The notes under the pieces were generated by a model that made no database searches, was not told the origin of the DNA, and worked only from the letters and a program-made list of their open reading frames with translations. Both the position numbers and the translations under genes were made by a program. DNA of 64,000 nt, taken from Chiloscyllium plagiosum (lineage: Eukaryota). Position 1 is the stretch's first letter; every line of letters begins with the position of its first letter. The stretch spans positions 83,534,147 to 83,598,146 of the forward strand of contig NC_057719.1 in the NCBI RefSeq assembly GCF_004010195.1, written 5' to 3'. Below, piece by piece: positions 1 through 12,746 of this stretch.

Positions 1-170
1 CACACCTCCCTCTGACCACACACCCCTTTGACCACACCGCCTATCAACACACAACCCCCTTGACCACTCCCCCTGACCACCCACTCCCTCTGACCACAAT
101 CCATACTGACCACACCCATCTCTGACCACCCTCTCTCAGGCACACCCCACACTGACCGCACCCCACACTC
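1..170. repeat. Degenerate short tandem repeat (CCCCTCTGACCACACAC-like, ~17 bp)
   Basis: TGACCA recurs about every 15-20 bp in C/A-rich sequence. Confidence 0.7.
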
Positions 171-3100
171 ACTACTCTCCTCTCCATTGGAGTGGACGCT
201 GTGCAGGTTTTGTGTATGCCTAGTGCTCTTCCTCATTTTACCAACAATTCTCCCACTGCCCTGTCCCCCAGGAACCCCTGGGCCCTCGCTGCACTGTCTC
301 ACCAACACAGTCCCAATCCAGTTTCTGGTGACAGTCTGGCTGTTGTTATAGCGAGGAGAGCCTGCAGCCGCTGATGTCAGTCTGTATGTACCCTGACAAG
401 CTGGTGGAAAGGGGAAACGGGGAACTGTGTAGTGATGGAGAGTCAGGTCATGTCAGTGGGCACATTCCAGGCCATGGTGCCCGGCTGTGGTCACCCTCCA
501 ATCGCCTCTCTGAGGGAGAGAGAATCTTTTTAATTGACAGTGACATCAGACTGATGATAAGTCCCAATGGATTGGAAAACTCGTAAATGAGAAACCTCTA
601 TTCAAGAAAGGAAGAAGACTGAATTCAGAACACAGCCTATAGGCCAGAGGGCTTAAGGCCTTTAATGCTGGAAAATAGTGGAATCCATTCCTGAGAATGT
701 GGTGGCAGGGTTTACACAAACATAGTAAAATCAGGCTGAGTCAACATGGTTTAGTGAAAGGAGGGTGATTAATATTTGACAAACCTATTTGAGTTCTAGG
801 GGGATACAGCAATCAAGACAGAGTCTGTGTGGTCAGACATAGGGAAATCCTGCCGATCTCACAGATAAAATGAAACACTCGTTCACCCGGCTTCTTTCCG
901 TCAGTGACACATAACACCCCATTGTCAAGGAGGCTTAGTCACCTGCCTGAGAAATTGGGATACTCTGAACTTGGAGACATCGTCTTGAAGCAAGATGGGG
1001 GCTTGGACCATTAAAGGTAGGGTCGCAGAAACTCCAGCGTCATCTGCGGTCCATGCTGCGGTTAGATCAATTCAGTGTCCGAGAACTAAAGAGGGTATGG
1101 TGTAAATGGGAGGGTGCATCCCATTTGAGCCTTCCCTCATACTGTGCTGAGCTAATATGAGGCTTCTCTGGATGCACTATTTCTGTAGTGACTCACAGCA
1201 GACTCAAGGTGTTCAGAGGGGGAGTTGGTTGATGATTCACACTGTCCTCTTAGCAAAGACTGAGTCACATCCAGAGACAGCCAAATCCTGAGCATAGAGC
1301 AATGCACTAAAAACCCAGTACATTCTGAACGAGAGTCACTCCCACTCTGTTACCGTTTGGTACGAGTGCATGCCAGATGTATTACTAGCAAAAGTCACCA
1401 GTAACCTCTGAATATTCCTTCCCCCTACCCTGACCCCCAGTAGCTACACACTGATCTCAGTTTGTATGCTGCACACTAGTCAGTAGACAGGGAGCAGAAG
1501 TACCCACACCTCCGTCTGTCACCGTAACATCCGAATCTCAGTGAAGTGTGCCTTTCCTGGGGACAGTTTTCCGGTTCAACCATTTTATAAACTAAGGACT
1601 AAATGCCACCTTGGAGTGGCTGGTGGAACTCTTTAGTCTCACAAGTGCTGCCCCTGGACCAGCACTGACAGAAGTAAGTATGCTTTCGGTGACATGGGTA
1701 CCGTGCACTGAAGGAGTAGAGGCCTAGCAGTGGCACAGTAGCAGCCCAAAGCAGGAGGAAAGATCAGGCCCTGGGCCCAGGGGCCTGGAGGGAAAACTGC
1801 AGGCTGGAAGTATGGCTCCAGGCTTGAAGGCCCAATACCAGGCCGAAGGGTCCGCTTTACGCTTGAAGCCCAATTGACTCCAGGCTGGACGACCGGCTGC
1901 AGGCCCAGGGACCGGTTTCAGGCAATCTAAGCCAATCTCAGGGGCAAAGTGCCGACACTGGCGCCAAGCAGGCCGGGCCTGTGTGAGAGGATGGTTCCTG
2001 CACAGACCACAAGGTCCACTGTGGACTTCCAGGCTGTGTAAAGAATACCATGTGGTATGACAGCTAGTGTGGACAAGCCTATTGCCAGTCTCCATGTGGT
2101 AGAGCAGACCAGTCGCCCACACCATGTGTCAGGGGAATGAACTGGAAGCCCTCGGCACAATTGGATAATTTTCAAAGGCCACCAGAGCATAGCAAAGACC
2201 TTGTACTCCAATTCCTATGGGTATGTTCACGGAGGGTCAGCAGCAGATCATTTGGACCAGGAAATACAGGCCGCATATTTAGGTGTTCGACGCTGCTGAG
2301 GGTCTAGCGAGAGGCACTCCCGAGTCAAGAGGACACTGAGATTACAGCAGACATCTCTCGGAGCGGTCACAGTGTCCAATTGAAAAGCGGTCAGTTATGA
2401 CAGGCCTGGGGCAGGAACATCCAGGAGCCTGGTGGAGCATGACACATTCCATCCCACCAACATCAGTACAAGGACTCCCACCCCACACACTGACATCACT
2501 CGTTGTGACCTCCAAAGAGGATCGGGCACAGGGTGGCCCGCTGTGTCATGAGCCAAACAGGAACCCAGCAGGACGGCCGCATGACCTCACCCAGGCTCAA
2601 GGACCCCAAGGAGCACAAGCCCTGCTCCCCAAGAGCATTGGACTGAGCCGAGGGAGGTGATGACCTGCTGTTGAGGCCTATCCTTGAACCTGGATCCCCA
2701 GGCTGCGTGTGAGCAATGGAGGGATTTGGGGTGGGGGTTGGGGAGCGTAGTGTTAGGGGGTAGAGGAAGCAGTTTTCAGCAAGTACCTTTCCCCCGTATT
2801 AGGTCCCTCAGTCAGACATTGAACAGCTTCCAATGAGGCCACCCCCAGGAGCAAGTATACATGGCCTCTCAATCCAAAGGCCTCTCAATCCAAAGGCCTC
2901 TCAATCCAATGCCTCTCAGTGTTCTGCAAGTTTCAATCTGATTGTCCCCGTCATCCTTCTAACTCCACTGAGTGCAGACTCAGAATCCTCAACTTGTCTT
3001 CATATCAGAAGCCCTGAACTTATTAACTCCAAAATGGCCTAGCGAGTCACTCTTGGGGGATGGGAAACAAAGGCTTTGCCAGCAATGCCCCCATTCCACA

Positions 3101-3377
3101 AAAGAGTAAGCAAAAAGAATCCTCATAGACCTTTCTCAGTCAGTTATCCTTCACTTCCTCTTCATGTGCTCATGTCCTAATCTGTCCAATCGCCACTGTC
3201 ACCCGTCCTGATTACTATGCAGTTTGACTCTGACCTGCTCTTGAGGGGTTGTGGATGGATGTGATGTTTTGTGGCCTGTGATTGTTATACCCATTCAGCA
3301 GCACTAGCTTGCACCTAGAAAGGAACCCCTCCCTTCCCGACGCTCCAATGCACAGCCAATGCTGTCTTGCAGTTGCC

Positions 3378-3852
3378 ATCCTCTTCCTCCTGGGGATCCA
3401 CACACAGGCAATGGGCACTGAAATCCTCTTCCTGCTGGGGATCCACGCACAGGCAATGGGCACTGAAATCCTCTTTCTCCTGGGGATCCACGCACAGGCA
3501 ATGGGCACTGAAATCCTCTTTCTCCTGGGGATCCATGCACAGGCAATGGGCACTGAAATCCTCTTCCTCCTGGGGATCCACGCACAGGCAATGGGCACTG
3601 AAATCCTCTTTCTCCTGGGGATCCACACACAGGCAATGGGCACTGAAATCCTCTTCCTGCTGGGGATCCACGCACAGGCAATGGGCACTGAAATCCTCTT
3701 TCTCCTGGGGATCCACGCACAGGCAATGGGCACTGAAATCCTCTTCCTGCTGGGGATCCACACACAGGCAATGGGCACTGAAATCCTCTTCCTGCTGGGG
3801 ATCCACGCGCAGGCAATGGGCACTGAAATCCTCTTCCTGCTGGGGATCCACG
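3378..3852. repeat. 45-bp minisatellite, ~10.5 copies (ATCCTCTTCCTGCTGGGGATCCACGCACAGGCAATGGGCACTGAA)
   Basis: ATGGGCACTG at 3411, 3456, 3501 etc. (period 45); 15-aa periodicity in five ORFs. Confidence 0.97.
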
Positions 3853-4227
3853 TCACACAGCAGTGCAAGGTTGTGTGGAACATCTCCCACCGTGAGGAAA
3901 TCTGGAGAGCCTGGCTGGTGGGAATGAGGCCTGCTTCTGAAACCCCGGAAGCACCCTAGGAAAAGGCCAATCACTGGATCAGGGATTGACCGGGTCTTCA
4001 TAGGAATCGCGTTGTCTGGTTTCTCCCAGAGGCATCAGCCAAATTCAAAATGGGCACTTCCTGTTTCCTAGCAACCACCATTCCAGTCTGCTTCCAGGTC
4101 GAGAGATGTCAAACATTTATGGCATCCAAGTAGCTTCCTTGAAATCTTGGGCTATCTCGAGGTGATATCCTCTTATGGGTCACACTAATCGATGGTACTC
4201 AACACACAGTCCCTCTACTGCTCCTCC

Positions 4228-4327
4228 ATCTGTCTCTCCCCTCTCCCTATCACTCTCCCCTCTCCCTATCACTCTCCCCTCTCCCTGTCACTCTCCCCTC
4301 TCTCTATCATTCTCTCCTCTCCCCATC
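4228..4327. repeat. Pyrimidine-rich ~19-bp tandem repeat running into an assembly gap
   Basis: CTCTCCCCTCTCCCTATCA repeated. Confidence 0.85.
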
Positions 4328-5256
4328 NNNNNNNNNNNNNNNNNNNNNNNNNNNNNNNNNNNNNNNNNNNNNNNNNNNNNNNNNNNNNNNNNNNNNNNNN
4401 NNNNNNNNNNNNNNNNNNNNNNNNNNNNNNNNNNNNNNNNNNNNNNNNNNNNNNNNNNNNNNNNNNNNNNNNNNNNNNNNNNNNNNNNNNNNNNNNNNNN
4501 NNNNNNNNNNNNNNNNNNNNNNNNNNNNNNNNNNNNNNNNNNNNNNNNNNNNNNNNNNNNNNNNNNNNNNNNNNNNNNNNNNNNNNNNNNNNNNNNNNNN
4601 NNNNNNNNNNNNNNNNNNNNNNNNNNNNNNNNNNNNNNNNNNNNNNNNNNNNNNNNNNNNNNNNNNNNNNNNNNNNNNNNNNNNNNNNNNNNNNNNNNNN
4701 NNNNNNNNNNNNNNNNNNNNNNNNNNNNNNNNNNNNNNNNNNNNNNNNNNNNNNNNNNNNNNNNNNNNNNNNNNNNNNNNNNNNNNNNNNNNNNNNNNNN
4801 NNNNNNNNNNNNNNNNNNNNNNNNNNNNNNNNNNNNNNNNNNNNNNNNNNNNNNNNNNNNNNNNNNNNNNNNNNNNNNNNNNNNNNNNNNNNNNNNNNNN
4901 NNNNNNNNNNNNNNNNNNNNNNNNNNNNNNNNNNNNNNNNNNNNNNNNNNNNNNNNNNNNNNNNNNNNNNNNNNNNNNNNNNNNNNNNNNNNNNNNNNNN
5001 NNNNNNNNNNNNNNNNNNNNNNNNNNNNNNNNNNNNNNNNNNNNNNNNNNNNNNNNNNNNNNNNNNNNNNNNNNNNNNNNNNNNNNNNNNNNNNNNNNNN
5101 NNNNNNNNNNNNNNNNNNNNNNNNNNNNNNNNNNNNNNNNNNNNNNNNNNNNNNNNNNNNNNNNNNNNNNNNNNNNNNNNNNNNNNNNNNNNNNNNNNNN
5201 NNNNNNNNNNNNNNNNNNNNNNNNNNNNNNNNNNNNNNNNNNNNNNNNNNNNNNNN
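4328..5256. other. Assembly gap (N run)
   Basis: Run of N. Confidence 1.
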
Positions 5257-5410
5257 GCACTCACACACTGTGTGGGCACTCACTCACTTTCAGAGCACTC
5301 ACTCACTGTCAGAGCACGAACTCATTGTCAGGGCACTCACTCACTGTCAGGGCACTCACGCACTGTCAGGGCACTCACTCACTGTCAGGGCAGTCACTCA
5401 CTGTCAGGGC
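5257..5410. repeat. ~19-bp tandem repeat (GGCACTCACTCACTGTCAG)
   Basis: Unit repeated about 8 times directly after the gap. Confidence 0.88.
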
Positions 5411-6494
5411 CCTCATTCGCTGTCACTCTCTCCTCTCCCCATCACTCTCTCCTCTCTCTGCCACTCTTCTCTGTCACTCCACTATCTCCCTACACCCTCT
5501 CCTATCCTAAACCACTGCCTGCACTCTAATCTGCTGCAACCCCCCTCCCCATTCAATCAGTGGCGATGCCTCCAATATGCTGAATTTAAACACTCACTAC
5601 CTATTACCTCTGGAACCCCTTTCTCAACGGTAGGTAAGCTAGCTCAGAGCTCAGAGTATTTTAGACTGTCCTGGCCTGACTTTTATCAAGCCCTAGGATT
5701 TGCTGTTCTCTCCTCTCCTTGGTTTCAGTGGTGAGTCACAGGAAACCAGTGCACGTGATCCTGAATTGAAAAGCTAACTGAAACCTCATTAAACTTCAGG
5801 CCACTGCAGAATCAAGCCCGCTGGACTGTGCCTCGACAGGGGATTTACACATTTGCGTTCTGATGCGTTTGGGTGAAACGCAGCAGCTGTGTGCTGGATT
5901 TGACTTCCAAGGCTGATGGTTGCATCAGCTTTAGCTGTCCCCTCACACCTCCACATGAACTCAGGCATTGGTCCAGGTTCAAATTCCCCTCGAAATTTCA
6001 TGCCAATGTGCTCTCAATCTATGGGAGAGCTTCAGTCCGGAAGCAGCGGAGGCAGATTGTATGATTCACTTGAATGTAAACGACACAGGGTTCCTCGCAG
6101 AGGTTAGCATGCTGTGGGTATGACTAATCTGAGGCATGACAATGTGGTCAGTGTAGCAAGTGTATGGTAGGAATGGGAGTCTTTGCATCCCGACCGTTCC
6201 CAAAACTCTCCACCACTGGGACTTTCCTCACCTCCGTGCTGCCGGCTAAGTGGTAGAGATTGATTTATCCCACCCTTCCGCTGTTGTGATTCCTGAGATT
6301 TCCAGGATGCCCGTTGGGCGAACTATCTTTACTTCTGTTGAGCCATTGTTACGTTGCTGTGTTTCACCCCCACCCCCCACAACCCCTCCCCCGTTCGCAC
6401 ACCTCAGTTCCGAGAAGACTTCACACCCTTCCGCAGGGACCCTCATCGAAAGGATATTGGGAAAGCTTCCCTGTCATTTCAAGGTTACCTCAAG

Positions 6495-7270
6495 AGTACA
6501 ATCAACTGGGCCAATGAGCCGAGGAGTGGCAGATGGACTTTAATTTAGATAACTGTGAGGTGTTACATTTTGGAAAGGCAAACCAGGGCAGGACCTGCAC
6601 AGTTAATGGCAAGGCCCTGGGGAATGTTGCCGAACAAAGAGACCTGGAGTGCAGATGTGTAGTTCTTTGAAAAATGGAGTCGCAGGTAGACAGGATAGTG
6701 AAGGGGACATTTGGCAGACTTGCCTTCATTGGTCAGTGCATTCAGTATAGGAGCTGGGGTGTCATGTTGTAGCTGAACAGGACATTGGTGAGGCCTCTTT
6801 TGGGAATACTGCATTCAATTCTGATCTCCCAGCTATAAGAAAGATGTTGTTAAACTTGAAAGGGTTCAGAAAAGACTTACAAGACTTAGAGGGTTTGAGC
6901 AACATGTAGAGGCTGAATAGGCTGGGGTTATTTTCCCTGGAGTGTTGGAGGCTGAGAGGTGACCTTACAGAGGTTTATAAAATCATGAGGGGCGTGGATA
7001 GGGTGAATAGCCAAGGTTGAGGGAGTCCAGAACTAGAGAATATAGGTTTAAAGTGAGATGGGAAAAGTTTTAAAGGGGCCTCATGCAGAGGATGATGCAT
7101 GTATTGAATGAGCTGCTGGAGGAAGTGGTGGAGGCTGGTACAATTACAGCATTTAAAAGCTTTCTGGATGGGTATATGAATAGGAAGGGATTAGAAGGAT
7201 ATGGGTCGGGTTCTGGTGCAGACGAGTTGGTCTGAAATGTCTGTTTCCCTGCTTTACAACTCAGTGACCC
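6495..7270 (+). mobile_element. CR1/HER1-like LINE, 5'-truncated decayed 3' fragment
   Basis: ORF2 C-terminal DNA (GGACATTGGTGAGGCC...GAATACTG..CAATTCTG; CTGAGAGGTGACCTT) and a 3' UTR matching the other copies in the window. Confidence 0.88.
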
Positions 7271-7885
7271 TATTTCAGTTAATCTAGTAACTGAAGCTTA
7301 CTAACAACGCATCAAAATTACCAGAAGAATATAATAACTCAAGGGGCTGCCGGCAAGGTGTCAGCACCATGAATGTAGCTCATTTGGCTTCACATTTCAC
7401 CCAACCCAACATTTCAACGTGGAATGCTGGGACCAGCGATTAGTTGTCACTGCTATACCTGGGATTTCAGCTCAGGTCTGCTCTAATGAGGCCAGAAAGG
7501 ATCCAGTTGGAACACCCTGGGGTGTGAGGAACATCAGAATAGGAGGAGGGCAGTCAGTCCTACCAGCTGACTCCATAATTCAATGAGACCGTGGCTGATC
7601 TCAACATCCTCCAGACAATTTCATATTTGCATGGCCCTTTGTGTGAAAATGTGCTCCTTCAAATGACCCTTGAGCTGTTCCATTTCGGGGTTATGCCCCC
7701 TTGTTCAGGACTCCAGTATCTAAGGAAACAGTTTCTCTCTATTCACCCTCACGTCTCAGCTTAAATACCTCAACCATATCACCACTTAATCTTTTAAACT
7801 CAAAAAAAAGGACACGCATTGTCTAGATCTTCAAATGTTTTGGGTACAGAACTGGGGCCTAAAGTTGACACAACACAGGACATCG

Positions 7886-8213
7886 ATTGGAATATTGCGT
7901 GCAATTCTGAACTCCTTCCTATTGGAAAGATGTTGTGAAACTTGAAAAGGTTCAGAAAAGATTTACAAGGATGTTGTTTCACACAGAGGGTGGTACGTGT
8001 ATGGAATGAGCTGCCAGAGGAAGTGGTGGAGGCTGGTACAATTGCAACATTTAAGAGGCATTTGGATCGGTATATGAATAGGAAGGGTTTGGAGGGATAT
8101 GGGCCGGGTGCTGGCATGTGGGACTAGACTGGATTGGGATATCTGGTCGGCATGGACAGGTTGGACCAAAGGGTCTGTTTCCATGCTGTACATCTCTATG
8201 ACTCTATGACTCT
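7886..8213 (+). mobile_element. CR1/HER1-like LINE 3' fragment with internal deletion
   Basis: FTQRVVRVWNELPEEVVEAGTIATFKRHLDRYM; (CTATGACT)n tail. Confidence 0.9.
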
Positions 8214-9603
8214 AAATCAGCAGTAAACTGCCTATCTTATCGCTTACCACCCTGACTTGGAATGATAACACCGTTCCTTCATTGTCGCTGGGCCAAACAT
8301 CTGGTCCTGTCTTCTCAATACCACTGTGAGTGTTCCTACAATAGGTCAATTAGGGATGGCCAATCAAAAAGCCAAACCAGTGACACTCACCTCCCATGAA
8401 AAGATGTTTTTTTAAAAAAATACCACTAGCTGTTTAGAAAGATCTCAAATGGCACAGCACTCTGTATCTAACCCCATGCTGTCACTGTCCTGGGGTTGCC
8501 TGATGGAGACAGTGTAGAGGGAGTTTAGGGTAATGGGACATTTTGAGCAGGGGGTAGAGACCTGAAAGCTATTCAAGCTCTACCACAGCCTGGTCAACAT
8601 ATGACGTCTCCTCAAAGCGAGAGAGCTAAATTATATCTCTGCTGGTGAAGAGTTCAACTAAATTTATCGCCTTCTGGTCAAGGGTGGGGATAGGTTTGTA
8701 CTTCACCGGATCAGTTTATAATCTCTGCTGGTGAAGATTGAGGTATAATTTTACGTCTGTGCTGGTCTGCAGAGGAGATTGCCCTCTCTGCTTTGTAATA
8801 ACGAGCTCCCTGCTGAGTAGCTGACACACTTGCTTCTGAAATGTTTTCTGAATGGTTTCTCGATAATCCCTTCCCAGCAAAGTCAGTTTATTAAAGGACT
8901 GGAAGCAAGTGAACACTCAGTACAGCAGGCCACACATGATGCCAGAGACACATTCAACAAAATATGGAACTTGGCGTCAACCGCAGCATCTTATATAAAC
9001 ATTACATTGCATAACCAGCAATGCAGAGCGATCCCAGCGCTGACTATTAGGCAATGGGTTGTTTACATCTGGGAAGGCGGGGAGATGAGGGAGAGGAGAC
9101 AGGGGAGAAGGGGTGGGGAGAGAAAGGTCAGGCAAAGATGAGAGAGAAATAAAGGAAAGTATTGAGAAAAAATCTGTTTCAACTCTACATTTGATATTTT
9201 CTTGGGTAATTCAATGCTAGTCACTCCCATAAGTGGTCTGAGCATTGTACATTTCGGAATGTATTCATACTGCGCGTGAACTGACTTGTTGCTTATATGA
9301 CCCAGGGGTGTAATGTTAGGAATTTTTCCTTATCTGAATGGCTGTTCTACATATCCTCCACTGTGTTCTTCCCTACTCTCTCCAATGGTGAACGGAGAGA
9401 CCTTGTGAAATGAAGCCAGCTGGGTGTGGTTCACCTGTTTTACTTTATACATTGGGCGCCCAGATACGTTTGAATGAAATAAAACAGAAAGAACTGCAGA
9501 TGCTGGAAATCAGGAAGAAAAACAGAAATTGCTGGAAAAGCTGAGCAGGTCTGGCAGTGTCTCGGGAGAGAAATCAGAGCTAACGTTTCAGGTCTGGTGA
9601 CGT

Positions 9604-9995
9604 AGTCATACAGCATGGAAACAGACCCTTCGGTCCAACCAGTCCATCCCAAATATAATCCCAAACTAAGCTGGTCCCACCTGCCTGCTCCTGGCTCATA
9701 TCCCTCCAACCCTCGCCTATTCAGTTACTTATCCAAATGTCTTGTAAATGCTGCAAATCCTCAGGACGTTCATTCCACACATGGACCACCCTCTGTGTAA
9801 ATAATTTGCACCTCATGTCTTTTTAAAGCCTGTCTCCTCTCAAAATATGACCCCTAGTCTTGAAATCCCCCATCCTAGGAAAAAGACAACGACCAATAAC
9901 TCTTCGTATACCCCTCAATATTTTATAATCTTCTATAAGATCGCCTCTCAGCCTCCTACACTCCAGTGAAAATAAAAATCCCAGCCTATCCAGCC
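9604..9995 (-). mobile_element. CR1/HER1-like LINE 3' fragment, abutting a Penelope-like terminal fragment (9481-9602)
   Basis: Reverse complement of the same LINE 3' end (CAGCATGGAAACAGACCCTTCGGTCCAAC). Confidence 0.8.
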
Positions 9996-10155
9996 TCTGT
10001 TTGAGTTGCTTTGAGTTTGGACATTAATCCCATTTAACAGGCCCACCTTTTATAAAGGGTCCTTTTATCATGTTGCTAGGGGGAGGAGGGAGTCCATTGA
10101 CTCTGGTGGTACATCCTGGGCATGGATGGGCTAATGTGGGCTGATTACAAGATCA

Positions 10156-10629
10156 AGGACAGGGACAGCACAGGGTTAGATACAGAGTAAAGCTTCCTCT
10201 ACACTGTCTGCATCAGACACTCCCAGGGACAGGGACAGCACAGGGTTAGATACAGAGTAAAGCTCCCTCTACACTGTCCCCATCAAACACTCCCAGGGAC
10301 AGGGACAGCACGGGGTTAGATACAGAGTAAAGCTTCTTCTACTCTGTCTCCATCAGACACTCCCAGGGACAGGGACAGCATAGGGTTAGATACAGAGTAA
10401 AGTTTCCCCTACACTTTCCCCATCAAACACTCCCAGGGACAGGGACAGCACAAGGTTAGATACAGAGTAAAGTTTCCCCTACACTTTCCCCATCAAACAC
10501 TCCCAGGACAGAGACAGCACAGGGTTAGATACAGAGTAAAGCTCCCTCTACACTATCTCCATCAGGGACGGGGACAACACAGGGTTAGATACAGAGTAAA
10601 GCTCCTTCTACACTTCCCCCATCAAACAC
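10156..10629. repeat. 70-bp minisatellite, ~6.7 copies (GGACAGGGACAGCACAGGGTTAGATACAGAGTAAAGCTCCCTCTACACTGTCCCCATCAAACACTCCCAG)
   Basis: AGGGACAGCA at 10161, 10231, 10301, 10371, 10441; related monomers at ~8459-8525 (reverse), 39830-40015 and 40637-40720. Confidence 0.95.
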
Positions 10630-11353
10630 AGACATTCAATGTAATGACAACGCTAGAGTGCTGGTTCTGGTGTCTTCTCTGTCATACTGACACAGCTGTT
10701 TTGGAAATGATTAAACTTACAAACGCTGATAACCTCTGGCAAAACACCAATTTATTTGAATCATAGGCTGTCAAAGCAATGAGGAGATCACGTCACAGAA
10801 TCATAATGATAAACCAATTACTTTAGTATGTCTGTGCTGGTTGTTTGAACAAGCTCAGCCGACTCCCTGACTCCTTCCCAATGGGCCTACATTTTCCTTT
10901 CCTCGTAGTTATCCAGAATGGAATCTTCTGGTACCACAGGAGGTGAGGAAGGAGGCAGGAGGTCCTGAATTTGAAGTGGGGAAGCACCTAGTGTCCTCCC
11001 TCCCATTCGGGGTGGGAGGTGGGTGGTTGTGTTTAACTCCACACCTTCATCTTCACTTGAAGTGGTCGACCAATGGTAAAACTAAAGGACTCTTCCTGCT
11101 ACCCCCTCCACCCCACGGTTATAATTTTCCAAGCTCCAGACGGGGCCTTCACAACTGGTTCAGTCTATGTGGGCTCCATGTCATCTCGATGCGGGTATGG
11201 GGGTGGGGAGGGGAGTTAGGGAGAGCAGTGACAGCTACCCTTGCCAACCCCCCCCCTCCTTCCCTGCCACAGCTTCCACCCCCTGTGGGCAGGCAGGATG
11301 TCTTCTCCCAAGGTCCTCAGTCAAGAAGGACCCCAGTGGCTGTTCTCTTAAAC

Positions 11354-12746
11354 GCCCAATGGACAGAATATGCAGCAGGTCTTCACTCCTGCCCCCACCT
11401 CCCATACCCCCCTTATCCCTCCCCACAAGTCTCAGTCAGCACCTTGCCAGTTCTTTCAGGCACCGTACGAGACACTCGTAAAAGCCACTTCTGAAACTGC
11501 CATGAACATCTTTTCAGGGAGGGCATTAACAGTTCAGTGCATGAGAAGACATTCTTCTTACCATCTGAAATAACTCCATGATGGCTGATATCCCATCACC
11601 AAGTCACCCTTTACTTACACATGCATAGTACATGACACTGACCCAGCTAGCTCAGAGTTGGCTCCTAGAGTGAACAGAATCCTGACACTCCCTGTTTATA
11701 TCTGTCAGCCAGGGCTCCCTGTTTGGGGCTGTTAACCTGGTCCAATTAGGGAATTCATATTCTATGTTCCAATTACTACACTGTTCTTCGGCCTTTTTCA
11801 CCAATTACTCTAATGCTGTCCCCTCTAGTTACCAATCCTCAGGTCAACAGAAACAGTTTCTCCTGATTTATTCCCTTAAAACCCTTCAGAATTTTGAACC
11901 CTACTATTCAATCTTCCCTGCTCTTGGAGGAACAATTCACATGTTCTTTGATCCATTTCCATAATCACTGGAATACTCCCACCTCCTGGCTTGGGGCCTA
12001 CTCTGTAAGGCCTCAGCATGGTTGTGGTGCTGGCCAAGGGAGGATGGAGGCCCAATGGACAGAATATGCAGCAGGTCTTCACTCCTGCCCCCACCTCCCA
12101 TACCCCCCTTATCCCTCCCCACAAGTCTCAGTCAGCACCTTGCCAGTTCTTTCAGGCACCGTACGAGACACTCGTAAAAGCCACTTCTGAAACTGCCATG
12201 AACATCTTTTCAGGGAGGGCATTAACAGTTCAGTGCATGAGAAGACATTCTTCTTATCATCTGAAATAACTCCATGATGGCTGATATCCCATCACCAAGT
12301 CACCCTTTACTTACATATGCATAGTACATGACACTGACCCAGCTAGCTCAGAGTTGGCTCCTAGAGTGAACAGAATCTCTGACACTCCTGTTTATATCTG
12401 TCAGCCAGGACTCCCTGTTTGGGGCTGTTAACCTGCTCCAATTAGGGAATTCATATTCTATGTTCCAATTACTACACTGTTCTTCGGCCTTTTTCACCAA
12501 TTACTCTAATGCTGTCCCCTCTAGTTACCAATCCTCAGGTCAACAGAAACAGTTTTTCCTGATTTATTCCCTTAAAACCCTTCAGAATTTTGAACCCTAC
12601 TATTCAATCTTCCCTGCTCTTGGAGGAACAATCCACATGTTCTTTGATCCATTTCCATAATCACTGGAATACTCCCACCACCTGGCTTGGGGCCTACTCT
12701 GTAAGGCCTCAGCATGGTTGTGGTGCTGGCCAAGGGAGGATGGAGG
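11354..12746. repeat. Direct tandem duplication, 2 x 696 bp
   Basis: GCCCAATGGACAGAAT starts at 11354 and 12050; both copies end GGATGGAGG; a few substitutions and two compensating 1-bp indels. Confidence 0.97.
11566..11780 (-). mobile_element. Solo LTR (Gypsy-like); duplicated copy at 12262-12476
   Basis: TG...CTACA termini; similar to the LTR at 58023-58237, which abuts a PPT and integrase. Confidence 0.65.

Noticed and set aside
830..2700. Possible decayed Harbinger-type DNA transposon sequence (also 22930-23500, 29290-29660, 45590-46500)
   Set aside because: Composition is suggestive, but I could not identify TIRs, TSDs or a diagnostic motif.
3378..3852. CRISPR-like regular repeats (also 10156-10629)
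   Set aside because: Units are contiguous with no unique spacers and no cas genes, in a vertebrate context.
4175..5734. Long ORFs of 317-519 aa (also 23704-24167)
   Set aside because: Artefacts of translating through N gaps.
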